DNA of 64,000 bases from an uncultured bacterium (GTDB lineage: Bacteria; Hydrothermota; Tepidihabitantia; Tepidihabitantales; DTDR01): positions 32,700-96,699 of the forward strand of contig CALHQW010000004.1 of NCBI GenBank assembly GCA_938040315.1, written 5' to 3'. The notes beneath the pieces were generated by a model. It saw only the letters and a list, made by a program, of their open reading frames with translations. It ran no database searches and was not told the origin of the DNA. Shown here one piece after another: positions 9,541-19,699 of this stretch. A program made the translations under genes and the position numbers. Position 1 is the stretch's first letter, and the number at the start of each line of letters is the position of its first letter.

Positions 9541-9932
9541 AAAAGGTCTTTTTAATAATTTTGATTTATCTCTTTTTTCTTTTAGAAAATTTATCTCCTA
9601 ATATTTTTCCTAAGATTAGTATTACTCTTTTTGTTTTTAATGCTTTTTCTTCTTCTTTATTATTTTCTACTTTTTTAGGTTTTCTCTTAGGACTTTTATT
9701 TGATTTAAATAATCCAACGTTTTTTGGTCTTAATATGTTTATTTTTTCTGGTATTGGCTTTCTTATTCCCTATCTGCGTAACTTTATTTTACCAACAACC
9801 TATAATATTTTCTTTTCTTTAATTTTTATTCTCCTTCTCTTTTCTATTGTTAATCAAAATTTTTTCTTAATAAGTTTTCTTTTAACATTAATATTTTTCT
9901 TTTTAATTAAAAAATATGAAAAGAAAATTTAA
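9537..9932 (+). CDS. mreD: rod shape-determining protein MreD (small polytopic membrane protein)
   Basis: 131-aa, very hydrophobic, 4-5 TM. Conserved position between mreC and mrdA. 4-bp overlap with mreC. Confidence 0.5.
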   Translation: MKKVFLIILIYLFFLLENLSPNIFPKISITLFVFNAFSSSLLFSTFLGFLLGLLFDLNNPTFFGLNMFIFSGIGFLIPYLRNFILPTTYNIFFSLIFILLLFSIVNQNFFLISFLLTLIFFFLIKKYEKKI

Positions 9933-11712
9933 AAATTTCATCCTCTTTACCTCTCTGCTCTTTTTGATTATTTTTAGTAGGGTTTTTTATTTACAAGTTT
10001 TAAAAGGCGAAAGATATGAAAAATTGTCCTATAATCAAAGAATAAGAAAAGTTATTTTAAGAGCACCCCGAGGAAGAATATTTGATGCTCAAGGTTTTTT
10101 AATTGCGGATACTAAATTATCTTATAACTTATCTATCTTACCTCAAGAGATTGATACCAGTTTTATATTTCAATATATCTCCAAAATTCTTAATATTGAT
10201 ATTAATAATTTAAAAGAAAAAATAATAGAATATAAAAATTATCCTTATCCAATTTTAGTCAAAAGAAATTTATCAAAAGAAGAAATAATTAGATTAGAAG
10301 AAAATTTGATATTTAAACAGGGGATAAGAATTGAAATCAATCCTTCTCGATATTATCCTTTCAAAAATGTTTCTTCCCTGGCGATCGGCTATTTAAATGA
10401 AACTTCCAAAGAAGATCTAAACAAAGATACTCTTTATAATTTGGGTGATTTAATTGGCAGATATGGAATAGAAGGATATTACGAAAAGATTTTGAGAGGG
10501 AAAGATGGTCTTGCTTTAATTGAAGTAGATGCGCGAGGAAGAGAAATCCAACCTTTCTCTGAAGCAAAAGAGATTCCAGCGGTTTCCGGTGCTGATATTT
10601 ATCTCTCTTTAGATATAAATTTAAACTTGTTCTGTGATTCTTTGCTTAATAATTATTCGGCTGGTTTAATATTAGGTATAGAACCAAAGACAGGAAGAAT
10701 CATAATTTTTTCAGGAAAACCAAATTTTGATCCAAACATGTTTTTAAAATTAAACTATAAAGAATGGCAAAGGTTAATAAAAGATAAAGGAAAACCTTTG
10801 TTCTCTCGAATTGTTGCCGGACTTTATCCCCCGGGTTCTACTTTCAAACCCTTTATTGCTTTACAAGCCTTAAAGAAAGGATTAATTGACGAAAAATCCC
10901 TTTTTTCGCCTTGTTATGGACAATATAAAATCGGTAAAAAAAATTTTAAATGTTGGCAAAGTCACGGTTCTTTAAATTTGGTTGATGCCATTGCTTATTC
11001 CTGTAATATCTATTTTTATCAATTAGGAATAAAATTAGGATTGAAAGAAATTTTAAAATTAATGAAAGATTTAAATATTCCAAATAAAACCAATGTGGAT
11101 TTATTAGAAGAAACAAATTCTCGAATTCCTGAGTACCAAACTGCTCCCTTAGGGAAAATTGCTAACCTTGCTATTGGACAAGGTGAAATTGCTTTAACAC
11201 CAATTAAATTAGCAGAACTTTATTGTGGAATATTTAACAATGGTCTTATTCCTCAACTCCATTTTTTAGATTCAATAAAAAATGCCAAAATTTTCCATCG
11301 CGATTTCTTAGATTCTTTAATCAAAAAGAATATTATTAAAATGATTATTAACGATAAAAAGGAGACTCTTTATCAATATATAAATAAATTTTATCGAATT
11401 CCTTTTCCTTTAGAAGTGATAGAAACTATAAAAAAGGGTTTATTAGCAGTGGTGGAAAAAGGAACAGGTAGAAGTGCTGGTGTACCTGGTGTGAAAGTCT
11501 ACGGAAAAACTGGGACTGCTCAAAATCCTTTTGGTAAAGACCATGCCTGGTTTATTGGTTATGCGGAAAAAAGAGATAAGAATTTATTGTTAGTAATTCT
11601 TTTAGAAAATGTTGGTGCTGGTGGTGTCTATGCGACACCAATAGCAAGAAAAATTTTTGTCAAATATTTTTCTTCCTATGTGGCAGAAAGGGAAAACAAT
11701 TTTAATAATTAG
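9916..11712 (+). CDS. mrdA: penicillin-binding protein 2 (peptidoglycan D,D-transpeptidase MrdA)
   Basis: N-terminal TM, SxxK (GSTFKP), SxN (YSCN) and KTG (YGKTGTAQ) motifs. Confidence 0.9.
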   Translation: MKRKFKNFILFTSLLFLIIFSRVFYLQVLKGERYEKLSYNQRIRKVILRAPRGRIFDAQGFLIADTKLSYNLSILPQEIDTSFIFQYISKILNIDINNLKEKIIEYKNYPYPILVKRNLSKEEIIRLEENLIFKQGIRIEINPSRYYPFKNVSSLAIGYLNETSKEDLNKDTLYNLGDLIGRYGIEGYYEKILRGKDGLALIEVDARGREIQPFSEAKEIPAVSGADIYLSLDINLNLFCDSLLNNYSAGLILGIEPKTGRIIIFSGKPNFDPNMFLKLNYKEWQRLIKDKGKPLFSRIVAGLYPPGSTFKPFIALQALKKGLIDEKSLFSPCYGQYKIGKKNFKCWQSHGSLNLVDAIAYSCNIYFYQLGIKLGLKEILKLMKDLNIPNKTNVDLLEETNSRIPEYQTAPLGKIANLAIGQGEIALTPIKLAELYCGIFNNGLIPQLHFLDSIKNAKIFHRDFLDSLIKKNIIKMIINDKKETLYQYINKFYRIPFPLEVIETIKKGLLAVVEKGTGRSAGVPGVKVYGKTGTAQNPFGKDHAWFIGYAEKRDKNLLLVILLENVGAGGVYATPIARKIFVKYFSSYVAERENNFNN

Positions 11713-12844
11713 TTTAATTTTGATTATTTTGGGGTTTCTTAATATTTATTTTAGCGGTGGGAAAAAATATCTTTTTCGTCAAATTACTTTCTTCATAGTA
11801 GGAGTATTTCTTTTAATTTTATCAATGAGGGCTTCTTTAAAAATAATTTTTAATTTAAGTTTTTATTGGTATTTATTTTCCATCATCCTATTAATTTTAG
11901 TGTTATTTCTTTCTAAAAATAATGCCAAAAGATGGTTGGACTTATATCTCTTTACTTTTCAACCTTCGGAAATAACCAAAATTACGTATGTCTTATTCTT
12001 ATCATATTTTTTATCTGGCCAAAAAAAATTTGATTTTAACTTTAATTCCTTATTTTTACCGGTTTTAATAACTTTAATACCGACATTTTTAGTTTTAATT
12101 CAACCCGATTTAGGTTCAGCCTTTTCTTTCCTTTTTATCTTTGCTATTCTTTTATATTTTCGAGGTTTTTCCTTTTCCCAAATTTTTATTCTTTATTCAC
12201 CCTTATTTTCTTTTATCTTTGGATTTTCTTTATTAACTTGGATTACCTATTTTTTATTTCTGATTTTCATCGCTTTTAGAAAAAATACTATTTTTTACGG
12301 TTTTGGAGTTTTGGCAGTAAATAGTTTTTTTGGACTTTTAAATCCTTTAATCTGGCAAAATTTAAAAGAGTATCAAAGAGAAAGAATTATTGCCTTTTTA
12401 GCTCCTTATTTGGATCCCAAGGGTATTAGTTGGAGTAGTATTCAAGCACAAATTGCTATTGGTAGTGGAAGAATCTTCGGAAAGGGTTTTTCTCATCCTC
12501 CTCTAAGCAAATTAGATTTTATTCCCAACCCTCATACCGATTTTATTTTTACTACCCATTCAGAGAAATTTGGTTTAATTGGAGTAACCTTTTTAATTTT
12601 ATTATATTTCTTGTTTCTTTATCAGATTTACCATTATTTAATTAAGAATATTGATTTAAAATCCCAACTAACAATTGCTGGTTTGGGCGCTATTTTTCTT
12701 TACCACATTTTTGTAAATTTAGGAATGGTGTCGGGGATTTTACCGGTTACGGGTTTAACTCTACCGTTTATCTCTTACGGTGGAACTTCTTTAATTAGTA
12801 ATTTGATAACAATCGGTTTAATTTTAAACTTAATTAATCAATAA
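11657..12844 (+). CDS. rodA: peptidoglycan glycosyltransferase RodA (SEDS family)
   Basis: 10-TM FtsW/RodA/SpoVE pattern with conserved late periplasmic loop. Follows mrdA. The true start is possibly 11678; it overlaps the mrdA 3' end. Confidence 0.85.
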   Translation: MSNIFLPMWQKGKTILIISLILIILGFLNIYFSGGKKYLFRQITFFIVGVFLLILSMRASLKIIFNLSFYWYLFSIILLILVLFLSKNNAKRWLDLYLFTFQPSEITKITYVLFLSYFLSGQKKFDFNFNSLFLPVLITLIPTFLVLIQPDLGSAFSFLFIFAILLYFRGFSFSQIFILYSPLFSFIFGFSLLTWITYFLFLIFIAFRKNTIFYGFGVLAVNSFFGLLNPLIWQNLKEYQRERIIAFLAPYLDPKGISWSSIQAQIAIGSGRIFGKGFSHPPLSKLDFIPNPHTDFIFTTHSEKFGLIGVTFLILLYFLFLYQIYHYLIKNIDLKSQLTIAGLGAIFLYHIFVNLGMVSGILPVTGLTLPFISYGGTSLISNLITIGLILNLINQ

Positions 12845-13863
12845 TGGAAAATATAAAATCTTTTACTTTAAAAGAACTTAAAGAGTTAGTAGAAAATTTG
12901 AATTGGCCCGAATACAGTGCTTATCAAATATTTCAATGGCTTTGGCAAAAAAAAGTTAACGATTTCTCTTTGATGAGTAATCTTTCTAAATTAAAAAGAG
13001 AATATTTAAAAAATAATTATATAATTACTGAATTAAAAATTATTGGCAACAAAAAAGCAAAGGATGGTACAGAAAAATTTCTATTTGAACTTTATGATAA
13101 TAATAAAGTAGAGACAGTATTTATTCCGGAAGAAAAAAGAAAAACAGTGTGTGTTTCTTCCCAAATTGGTTGTCCTTTAAAATGTCTTTTTTGTAACAGC
13201 GGAAAGATATCTTTTAAAAGAAATTTATATTTTTATGAAATTTGTGACCAGATATTAATGATTGAAAAAAAATTAAATATAAAACCAACAAATATTGTTT
13301 TTATGGGAATTGGCGAACCTCTATTAAATTTGGAAGAAGTTTTAAAAGCAATCCAAGTAATAACCTCTCCTATTGGCTTTGGAATAAGTGCCCGTAAAAT
13401 TACTATTTCTACTGCGGGAATTGTTGAGGGTATTTATCGTTTAGCCGAAATAAAGAAGAAAGTGAAATTGGCTATTTCTTTAAATGCTACTAAAGACGAG
13501 ATTAGAGAATACTTAATGCCGATAAATAAAAAATATCCAATTTCTGAAATTTTAAAAGCCTGTGAGTATTATTGGCAGAAAAAAAGAGAAAGAATCACTT
13601 TTGAATATGTTTTAATAAGAGATATTAACGATAGCGAAGAGGATGCTTATTCTTTAAGTAGAATATTAAAAAAGATTCCTTGCAAAATTAACCTTATTCC
13701 ATTTAATTCTTTTCCCAGTATTTCTTTTCAGCCACCCTCTTTAAAAAGAATAGAAAAGTTTATGAAAATATTAGTCGAAGCTAATTACACAGTGACTCTA
13801 AGAAAAAGTCATGGTCAAGAAATTCTTGCTGGTTGTGGTCAACTTGCTTATCAAAATTATTAA
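12844..13863 (+). CDS. rlmN: 23S rRNA (adenine2503-C2)/tRNA methyltransferase RlmN (radical SAM)
   Basis: CPLKCLFCNSG radical-SAM CxxxCxxC. Colinear with RlmN/Cfr, including the C-terminal catalytic Cys region (AGCGQL). Confidence 0.85.
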   Translation: MENIKSFTLKELKELVENLNWPEYSAYQIFQWLWQKKVNDFSLMSNLSKLKREYLKNNYIITELKIIGNKKAKDGTEKFLFELYDNNKVETVFIPEEKRKTVCVSSQIGCPLKCLFCNSGKISFKRNLYFYEICDQILMIEKKLNIKPTNIVFMGIGEPLLNLEEVLKAIQVITSPIGFGISARKITISTAGIVEGIYRLAEIKKKVKLAISLNATKDEIREYLMPINKKYPISEILKACEYYWQKKRERITFEYVLIRDINDSEEDAYSLSRILKKIPCKINLIPFNSFPSISFQPPSLKRIEKFMKILVEANYTVTLRKSHGQEILAGCGQLAYQNY

Positions 13864-13867
13864 AATC

Positions 13868-13896
13868 TTGAAAAGAAAAATAAAATTTGATATAAT
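13868..13896 (+). promoter_or_regulatory. candidate promoter of the por operon (TTGAAA, 17 nt, extended -10 TGaTATAAT), followed by RBS AAGGAG
   Basis: TTGAAA at 13868-13873, TG at 13888-13889, TATAAT at 13891-13896, and AAGGAG 8 nt before the ATG at 13921. Confidence 0.35.
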
Positions 13897-13920
13897 TTTT
13901 GTTTATTAAAAGGAGTTAAT

Positions 13921-14508
13921 ATGGAAAAGGAGATTTTAGAAATTAGATGGCATGGTCGTGGAGGACAAGGAGCAAAAACTGCCGCCTTGCTTTTTGGCGA
14001 AGCTGCGCTAGAAACAGGAAAATACATCCAAGCCTTTCCGGAATATGGTCCGGAAAGAATGGGAGCTCCCGTAACTGCCTATAACCGAATTTCCTCTTCA
14101 GAAATTAAAATCCATTCGGGAATTAAAAATCCCGATATCCTAATAATATTAGATCCTACTCTTTTTGATACTTGTAATGTTTTAGAAGGATTGAAAGAAG
14201 ATGGAATTATTTTAGTAAACACTAAAGAATCTCCAGAAAGGATTAGAGAAAAATTATTTTTAAAAGAAAGTAAAATAAAAATATATACTGTTGATGCTTC
14301 AAAAATTGCTACGGAATCTTTAGGAAGAGACATTCCTAACACACCGATGTTAGGTGCTTTGGTGAAGATATTAGGTATTTTAGATTTTCAAAGTTTTTTT
14401 AATTCAGTCAAAAAAAGATTGCAGGAAAAATTTCGAGGAAAAGAAAGTTTTATTGAAAAAAATCTTGAAGCTATCAAAAGAGCCTATGAGGAGGTAAAAA
14501 GTGAGTAA
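13921..14508 (+). CDS. porG: pyruvate/2-oxoacid:ferredoxin oxidoreductase gamma subunit
   Basis: RWHGRGGQG…FPEYGPERMGAP, the hallmark of the PorC/gamma family. Confidence 0.85.
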   Translation: MEKEILEIRWHGRGGQGAKTAALLFGEAALETGKYIQAFPEYGPERMGAPVTAYNRISSSEIKIHSGIKNPDILIILDPTLFDTCNVLEGLKEDGIILVNTKESPERIREKLFLKESKIKIYTVDASKIATESLGRDIPNTPMLGALVKILGILDFQSFFNSVKKRLQEKFRGKESFIEKNLEAIKRAYEEVKSE

Positions 14509-14812
14509 TAAAGATAAAAAAGAGTGTTTGATTGTCAGTTGGAAAGATTTAACCTGCGGTGCTTTAATTAAAGATTTAAAAAGAATAAAGGAAAACAAAA
14601 CCGGAAGTTGGCGAAGCCAAAAACCAGTTTTTAATAAAGAAAAATGTATAAATTGCTATCGCTGCTGGATGTATTGTCCTGACTCAGCAATTTTAATTGA
14701 AAATGACAAAGTGGTTGGAATCAATTATGATTATTGTAAAGGATGCGGAATATGCGCTCAAGAATGCCCAAAGAAAGTTCAAGCAATTGTAATGGTAAGG
14801 GAGGAAAAATGA
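14501..14812 (+). CDS. porD: pyruvate/2-oxoacid:ferredoxin oxidoreductase delta subunit (2x[4Fe-4S] ferredoxin)
   Basis: Two CxxCxxCxxxCP motifs: CINCYRCWMYCP and CKGCGICAQECP. Confidence 0.85.
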   Translation: MSNKDKKECLIVSWKDLTCGALIKDLKRIKENKTGSWRSQKPVFNKEKCINCYRCWMYCPDSAILIENDKVVGINYDYCKGCGICAQECPKKVQAIVMVREEK

Positions 14813-15978
14813 TTTTGGCAAAAACCGGAAACGAAGCAATTGCTTATGCTATGAAACAGATAAATCCAGATGTTGTAGCTGCTTATCCAATTACTCCTGC
14901 CACCGAAATTGTTCAAATTTTTTCTTCTTATGTTGCTGATGGAATTGTTGATACAGAGTTTATTGCAGTAGAGAGCGAACATTCAGCAATGAGTGCTTGT
15001 ATTGCCGCAGCCGCTTCTGGAGCAAGGGCGATGACTGCCACATCTTCACAAGGATTAGCATTAATGCATGAAATGCTCTTTATTGCTTCCGGATTAAGAT
15101 TACCAATTGTGTTGTGTGTAGTAAATCGTTCACTTTCATCGCCATTGAATATTCATTGCGACCATACTGATTCACTGGCTTCTCGTGATTCAGGTTGGAT
15201 ACAAATTTTCTGTGAAGATGCTCAAGAAGCTTATGATACGACAATTTGCGCTGTAAAAATTGCCGAAAAAGCCTTATTACCAGTAATGATTACCATTGAT
15301 GGATTTATCATTTCTCACTGCATGCAAAAAATTGAGGTTCTTCCCGACGAAGAGGTAAAATCTTTTATTGGCGAATATAAACCAAATTATAATCTTTTAG
15401 ATGTCGAAAATCCGATAACTCTTGGACCTGCTTGTCTGCCAGATTCTTTTTTTGAACACAAAAGAGCCCAAGCTGAAGGTATGAACCAGGCTTTAACTTG
15501 CATTGAAAAAGTATTTAAAGAGTATAAAGAAAGATTTGATCGAGAATTACCTATTTTAGAAGAATACCAAACAGAAGATGCGGAAGTGGCTATTATTTGT
15601 ATGGGTTCTACCGCTGGAACAAGTAAAGTGGCAGTAAACAATTTGAGAAAAAAGGGTTACCGAGTAGGATTATTTAAATTAAGAGTTTTTCGTCCAATTG
15701 TTGTTAAATATCTTCAGAGAACTTTAAGAAATATAAAAATTTTAGGTATTTTAGAAAGAATGGAAGGATTAAGTGCTTTTGGTGGTCCTTTATTTAATGA
15801 AATACGTTCAGTTTTATATGATGAAATAAAAAGACCAATTACAGTATCTTATGTGTATGGATTAGGTGGTAGAGAGATAACTCCGGAAGAAATTGAAGAA
15901 ATTTTTTTAGAATTATTATCGTTAAAAAACAAAAAAAGAAAAAGTATCGAAAAATTTAAATATATTAATGTGAGGTGA
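14809..15978 (+). CDS. porA: pyruvate/2-oxoacid:ferredoxin oxidoreductase alpha subunit
   Basis: MILAKTGNEAIAYAMKQINPDVVAAYPITPATEIV. Start chosen at ATG 14809 (ATGA overlap with the porD stop); the longer ORF-track start at 14743 is in the same frame. Confidence 0.85.
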   Translation: MILAKTGNEAIAYAMKQINPDVVAAYPITPATEIVQIFSSYVADGIVDTEFIAVESEHSAMSACIAAAASGARAMTATSSQGLALMHEMLFIASGLRLPIVLCVVNRSLSSPLNIHCDHTDSLASRDSGWIQIFCEDAQEAYDTTICAVKIAEKALLPVMITIDGFIISHCMQKIEVLPDEEVKSFIGEYKPNYNLLDVENPITLGPACLPDSFFEHKRAQAEGMNQALTCIEKVFKEYKERFDRELPILEEYQTEDAEVAIICMGSTAGTSKVAVNNLRKKGYRVGLFKLRVFRPIVVKYLQRTLRNIKILGILERMEGLSAFGGPLFNEIRSVLYDEIKRPITVSYVYGLGGREITPEEIEEIFLELLSLKNKKRKSIEKFKYINVR

Positions 15979-15979
15979 G

Positions 15980-16909
15980 ATGAAAAATTTAAAGGATTTA
16001 TTAAAGGAAGAAGAACTTTTTAGTTCAGGACATCGGGCTTGTGCCGGCTGTGGCGAAGTTTTAGCTGCAAGACAAGTATTGTTGGCTAGTAAGAAACCAA
16101 TTGTCTGCGCAATGCCTACCGGTTGTTTAGAAATTGTCTCCACAATTTTTCCTCATACTGCCTGGCAAGTTCCTATGTTTCATTCTGCTTTTGAAAATGC
16201 TGCCGCAACTATCTCAGGAATAGAAGCTGCTTATCAAGTTTTATCAAGAAAAGGAAAAATAAATAAAAAAATTTATTTTATTGCTTTTGGTGGCGATGGT
16301 GGGACATATGATATTGGATTTCAGGCACTTTCCGGAGCAATTGAAAGAAGGCATAGTTTTTTATATGTGTGTACTGACAACCAGGCTTACATGAATACCG
16401 GCATCCAACGTTCCTCTGCTACTCCCCAATTTGCTCACACTACTACTTCTCCCAAAGGAGAGAAACTACCAGGGAAATTACAACCAAGGAAAGATATAAT
16501 GGAAATTATTATTGCTCACGAAGTACCTTACGCTGCTCAAACAACAGTCGCTTTTTTCCAAGATTTGGTGAGAAAAGTGGAAAAGGCTCAATCTTACGAT
16601 GGTCCTACTTTTATCAATATTTTAGTTCCTTGCCCATTGGGTTGGGGACATTTACCATCTTTAACAATTGAAATCTCTCGATTAGCAGTAGAAACAAATT
16701 TCTGGCCTCTTTATGAATATGAAAATGGAGTTTATCGATTAACTTACCAACCTTCTCAGTCTAAACCCCTAACTGAATGGCTAAAACTTCAAGGAAGATT
16801 TGCTCATCTTTTTGAAGAGAAAAATAAACATCTGTTAGAAGAATTCCAAAAATATGTAAATGAAAAATATCAAAAACTTCTTAAAAAATGTGAATTAAGT
16901 GCAAAGTAA
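15980..16909 (+). CDS. porB: pyruvate/2-oxoacid:ferredoxin oxidoreductase beta subunit (TPP-binding)
   Basis: CxGCG…TPP-binding GDGG…N motif (FGGDGGTYDIG). Confidence 0.85.
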   Translation: MKNLKDLLKEEELFSSGHRACAGCGEVLAARQVLLASKKPIVCAMPTGCLEIVSTIFPHTAWQVPMFHSAFENAAATISGIEAAYQVLSRKGKINKKIYFIAFGGDGGTYDIGFQALSGAIERRHSFLYVCTDNQAYMNTGIQRSSATPQFAHTTTSPKGEKLPGKLQPRKDIMEIIIAHEVPYAAQTTVAFFQDLVRKVEKAQSYDGPTFINILVPCPLGWGHLPSLTIEISRLAVETNFWPLYEYENGVYRLTYQPSQSKPLTEWLKLQGRFAHLFEEKNKHLLEEFQKYVNEKYQKLLKKCELSAK

Positions 16910-17420
16910 CCTCCTTCTCCATACTTGTTGTGCAATTTGTCTTTTAAATTTTTTAAATTCTTTAAGAGAAACTTTTAAAATAACTATTTTTTATTATAAT
17001 CCAAATATTCATCCTTTCCAGGAATATGAAAAAAGATTAAAAGCCGTTGAAAAACTTTCTTGGCTAAAAAATTTAGAATTAATTATTCCTATTTACACAC
17101 CTATTAGTTTTTTAAATAAAATAAAGGACTACCGAAAAGAGAAAGAGGGTGGAAAAAGATGTGAAATTTGTTTTCAAATTAGATTAGAAAAAACAGCCCA
17201 ATTTGCTAAAGATAATAATTTTCATTATTTTTCAACAACTTTAATTAGTAGTCCTCAGAAAAATAAAGATTTGATAGATGCTTTTGGTAATAAGATAGCT
17301 AAAGAGAAAAAAGTTAATTACTTCACTTTAAAAGAAATTTTTTTGGTAAAAAAAGAAGAAATTAAAAAATTAAATATTTATTCTCAAAAATATTGTGGCT
17401 GTATCTATTCTTTCTATTAA
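16899..17420 (+). CDS. queH: epoxyqueuosine reductase QueH (DUF208)
   Basis: LLHTCCAIC (HxCCxxC) plus downstream conserved Cys residues (CEICF, CGC). 173 aa. Confidence 0.65.
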   Translation: MQSNLLLHTCCAICLLNFLNSLRETFKITIFYYNPNIHPFQEYEKRLKAVEKLSWLKNLELIIPIYTPISFLNKIKDYRKEKEGGKRCEICFQIRLEKTAQFAKDNNFHYFSTTLISSPQKNKDLIDAFGNKIAKEKKVNYFTLKEIFLVKKEEIKKLNIYSQKYCGCIYSFY

Positions 17421-18009
17421 AAAATTAATAAATAAAATTAAAAAATGTAGAAAGTGTTCTCATTTAAAAAATTATAAACCAGTTTTTTCTCCGATAATAA
17501 ATGCAAATATTTTAATTATTGGTCAATCTCCAGGGAAAAAAGAAAAAGAAATAGGATTACCTTTTGTTGGGTCAGCAGGAAAAAAACTTTTTTCTTGGTT
17601 TAAAGAAATTGGTTTACAGGAAGAGAAAATAAGAAAAGAGTTTTATATAACTCAAGTAATAAAATGTTATTTGGGAAGCAATCGAACACCAAAAGAGATT
17701 GAATTAAGAAATTGCTTATCCTATCTTTATTCAGAAATAGAATTTTTAAATCCGCAGGTAATTATTCCCATTGGAATTGTAGCAATCAAAGTAATTTTAG
17801 GAGAAAAGAAAATTGACGAAGTAATTGGAAAAACTTTTAGATGGAAGAACTCCTTAGTAATTCCTCTTCCCCATCCTTCTGGTGCCAACGTTTGGTTAAA
17901 TAAAAAGAAAAATCAAAAGAAATTAAAAAAAGCCTTAAAAAAAATAAAAATTATTTTAAAGCAACAAACATTACCCTTAAAGAATCTCTCCGAGCTGGTA
18001 AAAAAGTAA
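17395..18009 (+). CDS. uracil-DNA glycosylase superfamily protein (family 4/5-like)
   Basis: KCRKCSHL, GQSPG (for GEAPG), and C-terminal HPSG motif. Confidence 0.7.
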   Translation: MAVSILSIKKLINKIKKCRKCSHLKNYKPVFSPIINANILIIGQSPGKKEKEIGLPFVGSAGKKLFSWFKEIGLQEEKIRKEFYITQVIKCYLGSNRTPKEIELRNCLSYLYSEIEFLNPQVIIPIGIVAIKVILGEKKIDEVIGKTFRWKNSLVIPLPHPSGANVWLNKKKNQKKLKKALKKIKIILKQQTLPLKNLSELVKK

Positions 18010-18736
18010 GATGTTGAAAAATTTTAATTTTTTTAAACCCAACTTTTTTCAAAATTTTAACTATTGTTTTATATTCATATCCTCTTTCTTGATGGAATTC
18101 AGTAAAAGATTCGTTGCTATTTTTAAGATAGCATTTTAAATAAAGAGTAGAAATTTTTAATTTTTTATCAAATTTATTTTCCCAAATTGTTTTTAAATTT
18201 TCGCTTTCTCTTATAAATTTGTTGTTAGCCCAAAATTTTTCTAAAACAAAAATAGTGTTCATATCAAAACTAAAAATTCCCTTTTCTTTCAAAAATTTAT
18301 AAATTAAAGAAAAACATCTCTCTATCTCGTCTTCGTTTAATAAATAATTAATACTGTCATAAAAGGATACCGCAGCATCAACTTGAATATTTAAATTAAA
18401 ATTAGTAATGTCACTTTCAATTATTGTTAAATTTTTTTTTAAATCTGGATAATTGTTTATTTTCTTTTTAAAAATATTAAGCATCTCTTTACTCTTATCA
18501 ATCCCAATAACTTGATAACCTTTCTTTAAAAGAATGATTGAAGGAATCCCTGTTCCGCAAGCCAGGTCTAAAATAATTTTTGGTTTAACATTAAAAAAAC
18601 TCCAAATATCAATTAAATACTCTACCCAGGCATCATAATTTACCAATTTCAACATAAATTCATCATAAAAGGGGGCAAATTTAGAAAAAGGCTTCTCCAT
18701 TAGGTATATTCTATAAGAAATAAAAATAATTTTCAA
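17951..18736 (-). CDS. class I SAM-dependent methyltransferase
   Basis: Motif I ILDLACGTG…VIGIDKSKEML. Confidence 0.7.
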   Translation of the reverse strand: MKIIFISYRIYLMEKPFSKFAPFYDEFMLKLVNYDAWVEYLIDIWSFFNVKPKIILDLACGTGIPSIILLKKGYQVIGIDKSKEMLNIFKKKINNYPDLKKNLTIIESDITNFNLNIQVDAAVSFYDSINYLLNEDEIERCFSLIYKFLKEKGIFSFDMNTIFVLEKFWANNKFIRESENLKTIWENKFDKKLKISTLYLKCYLKNSNESFTEFHQERGYEYKTIVKILKKVGFKKIKIFQHLTFLPARRDSLRVMFVALK

Positions 18737-18790
18737 TTTTATTGACTTTTTAAAAAGATTAAGTAAAATTAAAAAGATTAAATTTTAATA

Positions 18791-19069
18791 ATGACAAAAT
18801 TTGCTCAAAAAGTTTTAGCAATTGTGAAAAGGATCCCAAGGGGTAAAGTAATGACTTATAAAGAAATTGCTATAAAATTAGGAAATAAAAATTTAGCCCG
18901 AGCAATTGGTCAAGTATTAAAAAAAAATCCCTATCCAATAGTTATACCTTGTCATCGGGTAATAAGAAGTGATGGAAAAATTGGTGGTTATTCTTTAGGA
19001 ATAAAAAAGAAAAAAAGGTTATTAAGAAAAGAAGGGATTTTAATAATTGGTGACAAGGTGATTAGATGA
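18791..19069 (+). CDS. ogt: methylated-DNA-protein-cysteine methyltransferase, catalytic/DNA-binding domain only
   Basis: PCHRV active-site motif with Cys retained. 92 aa, with no N-terminal domain. Confidence 0.7.
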   Translation: MTKFAQKVLAIVKRIPRGKVMTYKEIAIKLGNKNLARAIGQVLKKNPYPIVIPCHRVIRSDGKIGGYSLGIKKKKRLLRKEGILIIGDKVIR

Positions 19070-19689
19070 ATGAAATTATTAGATTACAAGTAGGTGAGGT
19101 ACTTACTAACACTTATATTATAAAATCTAAAAACGAAATTATAGTAATTGACCCTGCTTTTGAAAGTGAAAGAATTATAAAAGAGATTAAGAATCTGAAA
19201 GGAGATATTAAATATATTATTAATACCCATGGACATATTGATCACATTAGCAGTAATAATGATTTATTAAAAGAATTTAATTGTCAATTATTAATTCATG
19301 AATTAGATAGCAAATTACTTATTTCACCTGAAAAAAACCTATCTCTTCTTTTTGGTTATTCTTATATTTCTCAGCAGGCTGATTTATTACTTAAAGACGG
19401 TGATAAAATAAAAATTGGTGACTTAGAATTAAAAGTAATTCATACGCCAGGACATACTGAAGGCAGTATTTCTTTATATGGCGATGGTTTTATTTTTACT
19501 GGTGATACACTTTTTTATGATTCTATTGGGCGCAGTGATTTTCCTGGTGGTGATGAAAAAAAACTTTTTGAATCATTAGAAAAATTAAATAAGATAATAA
19601 AAGAGGATCAAATAGTTTATCCTGGTCACGGAGATTTTGGTTATTTTTATGAAATTAAAAAAATTAACCCTTTTTTAAATATCATTTAA
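19066..19689 (+). CDS. MBL-fold metallo-hydrolase (glyoxalase II-like)
   Basis: HGHIDH motif with downstream His/Asp ligands. 4-bp overlap with ogt. Confidence 0.75.
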   Translation: MNEIIRLQVGEVLTNTYIIKSKNEIIVIDPAFESERIIKEIKNLKGDIKYIINTHGHIDHISSNNDLLKEFNCQLLIHELDSKLLISPEKNLSLLFGYSYISQQADLLLKDGDKIKIGDLELKVIHTPGHTEGSISLYGDGFIFTGDTLFYDSIGRSDFPGGDEKKLFESLEKLNKIIKEDQIVYPGHGDFGYFYEIKKINPFLNII

Positions 19690-19699
19690 GGAGGAAAAT

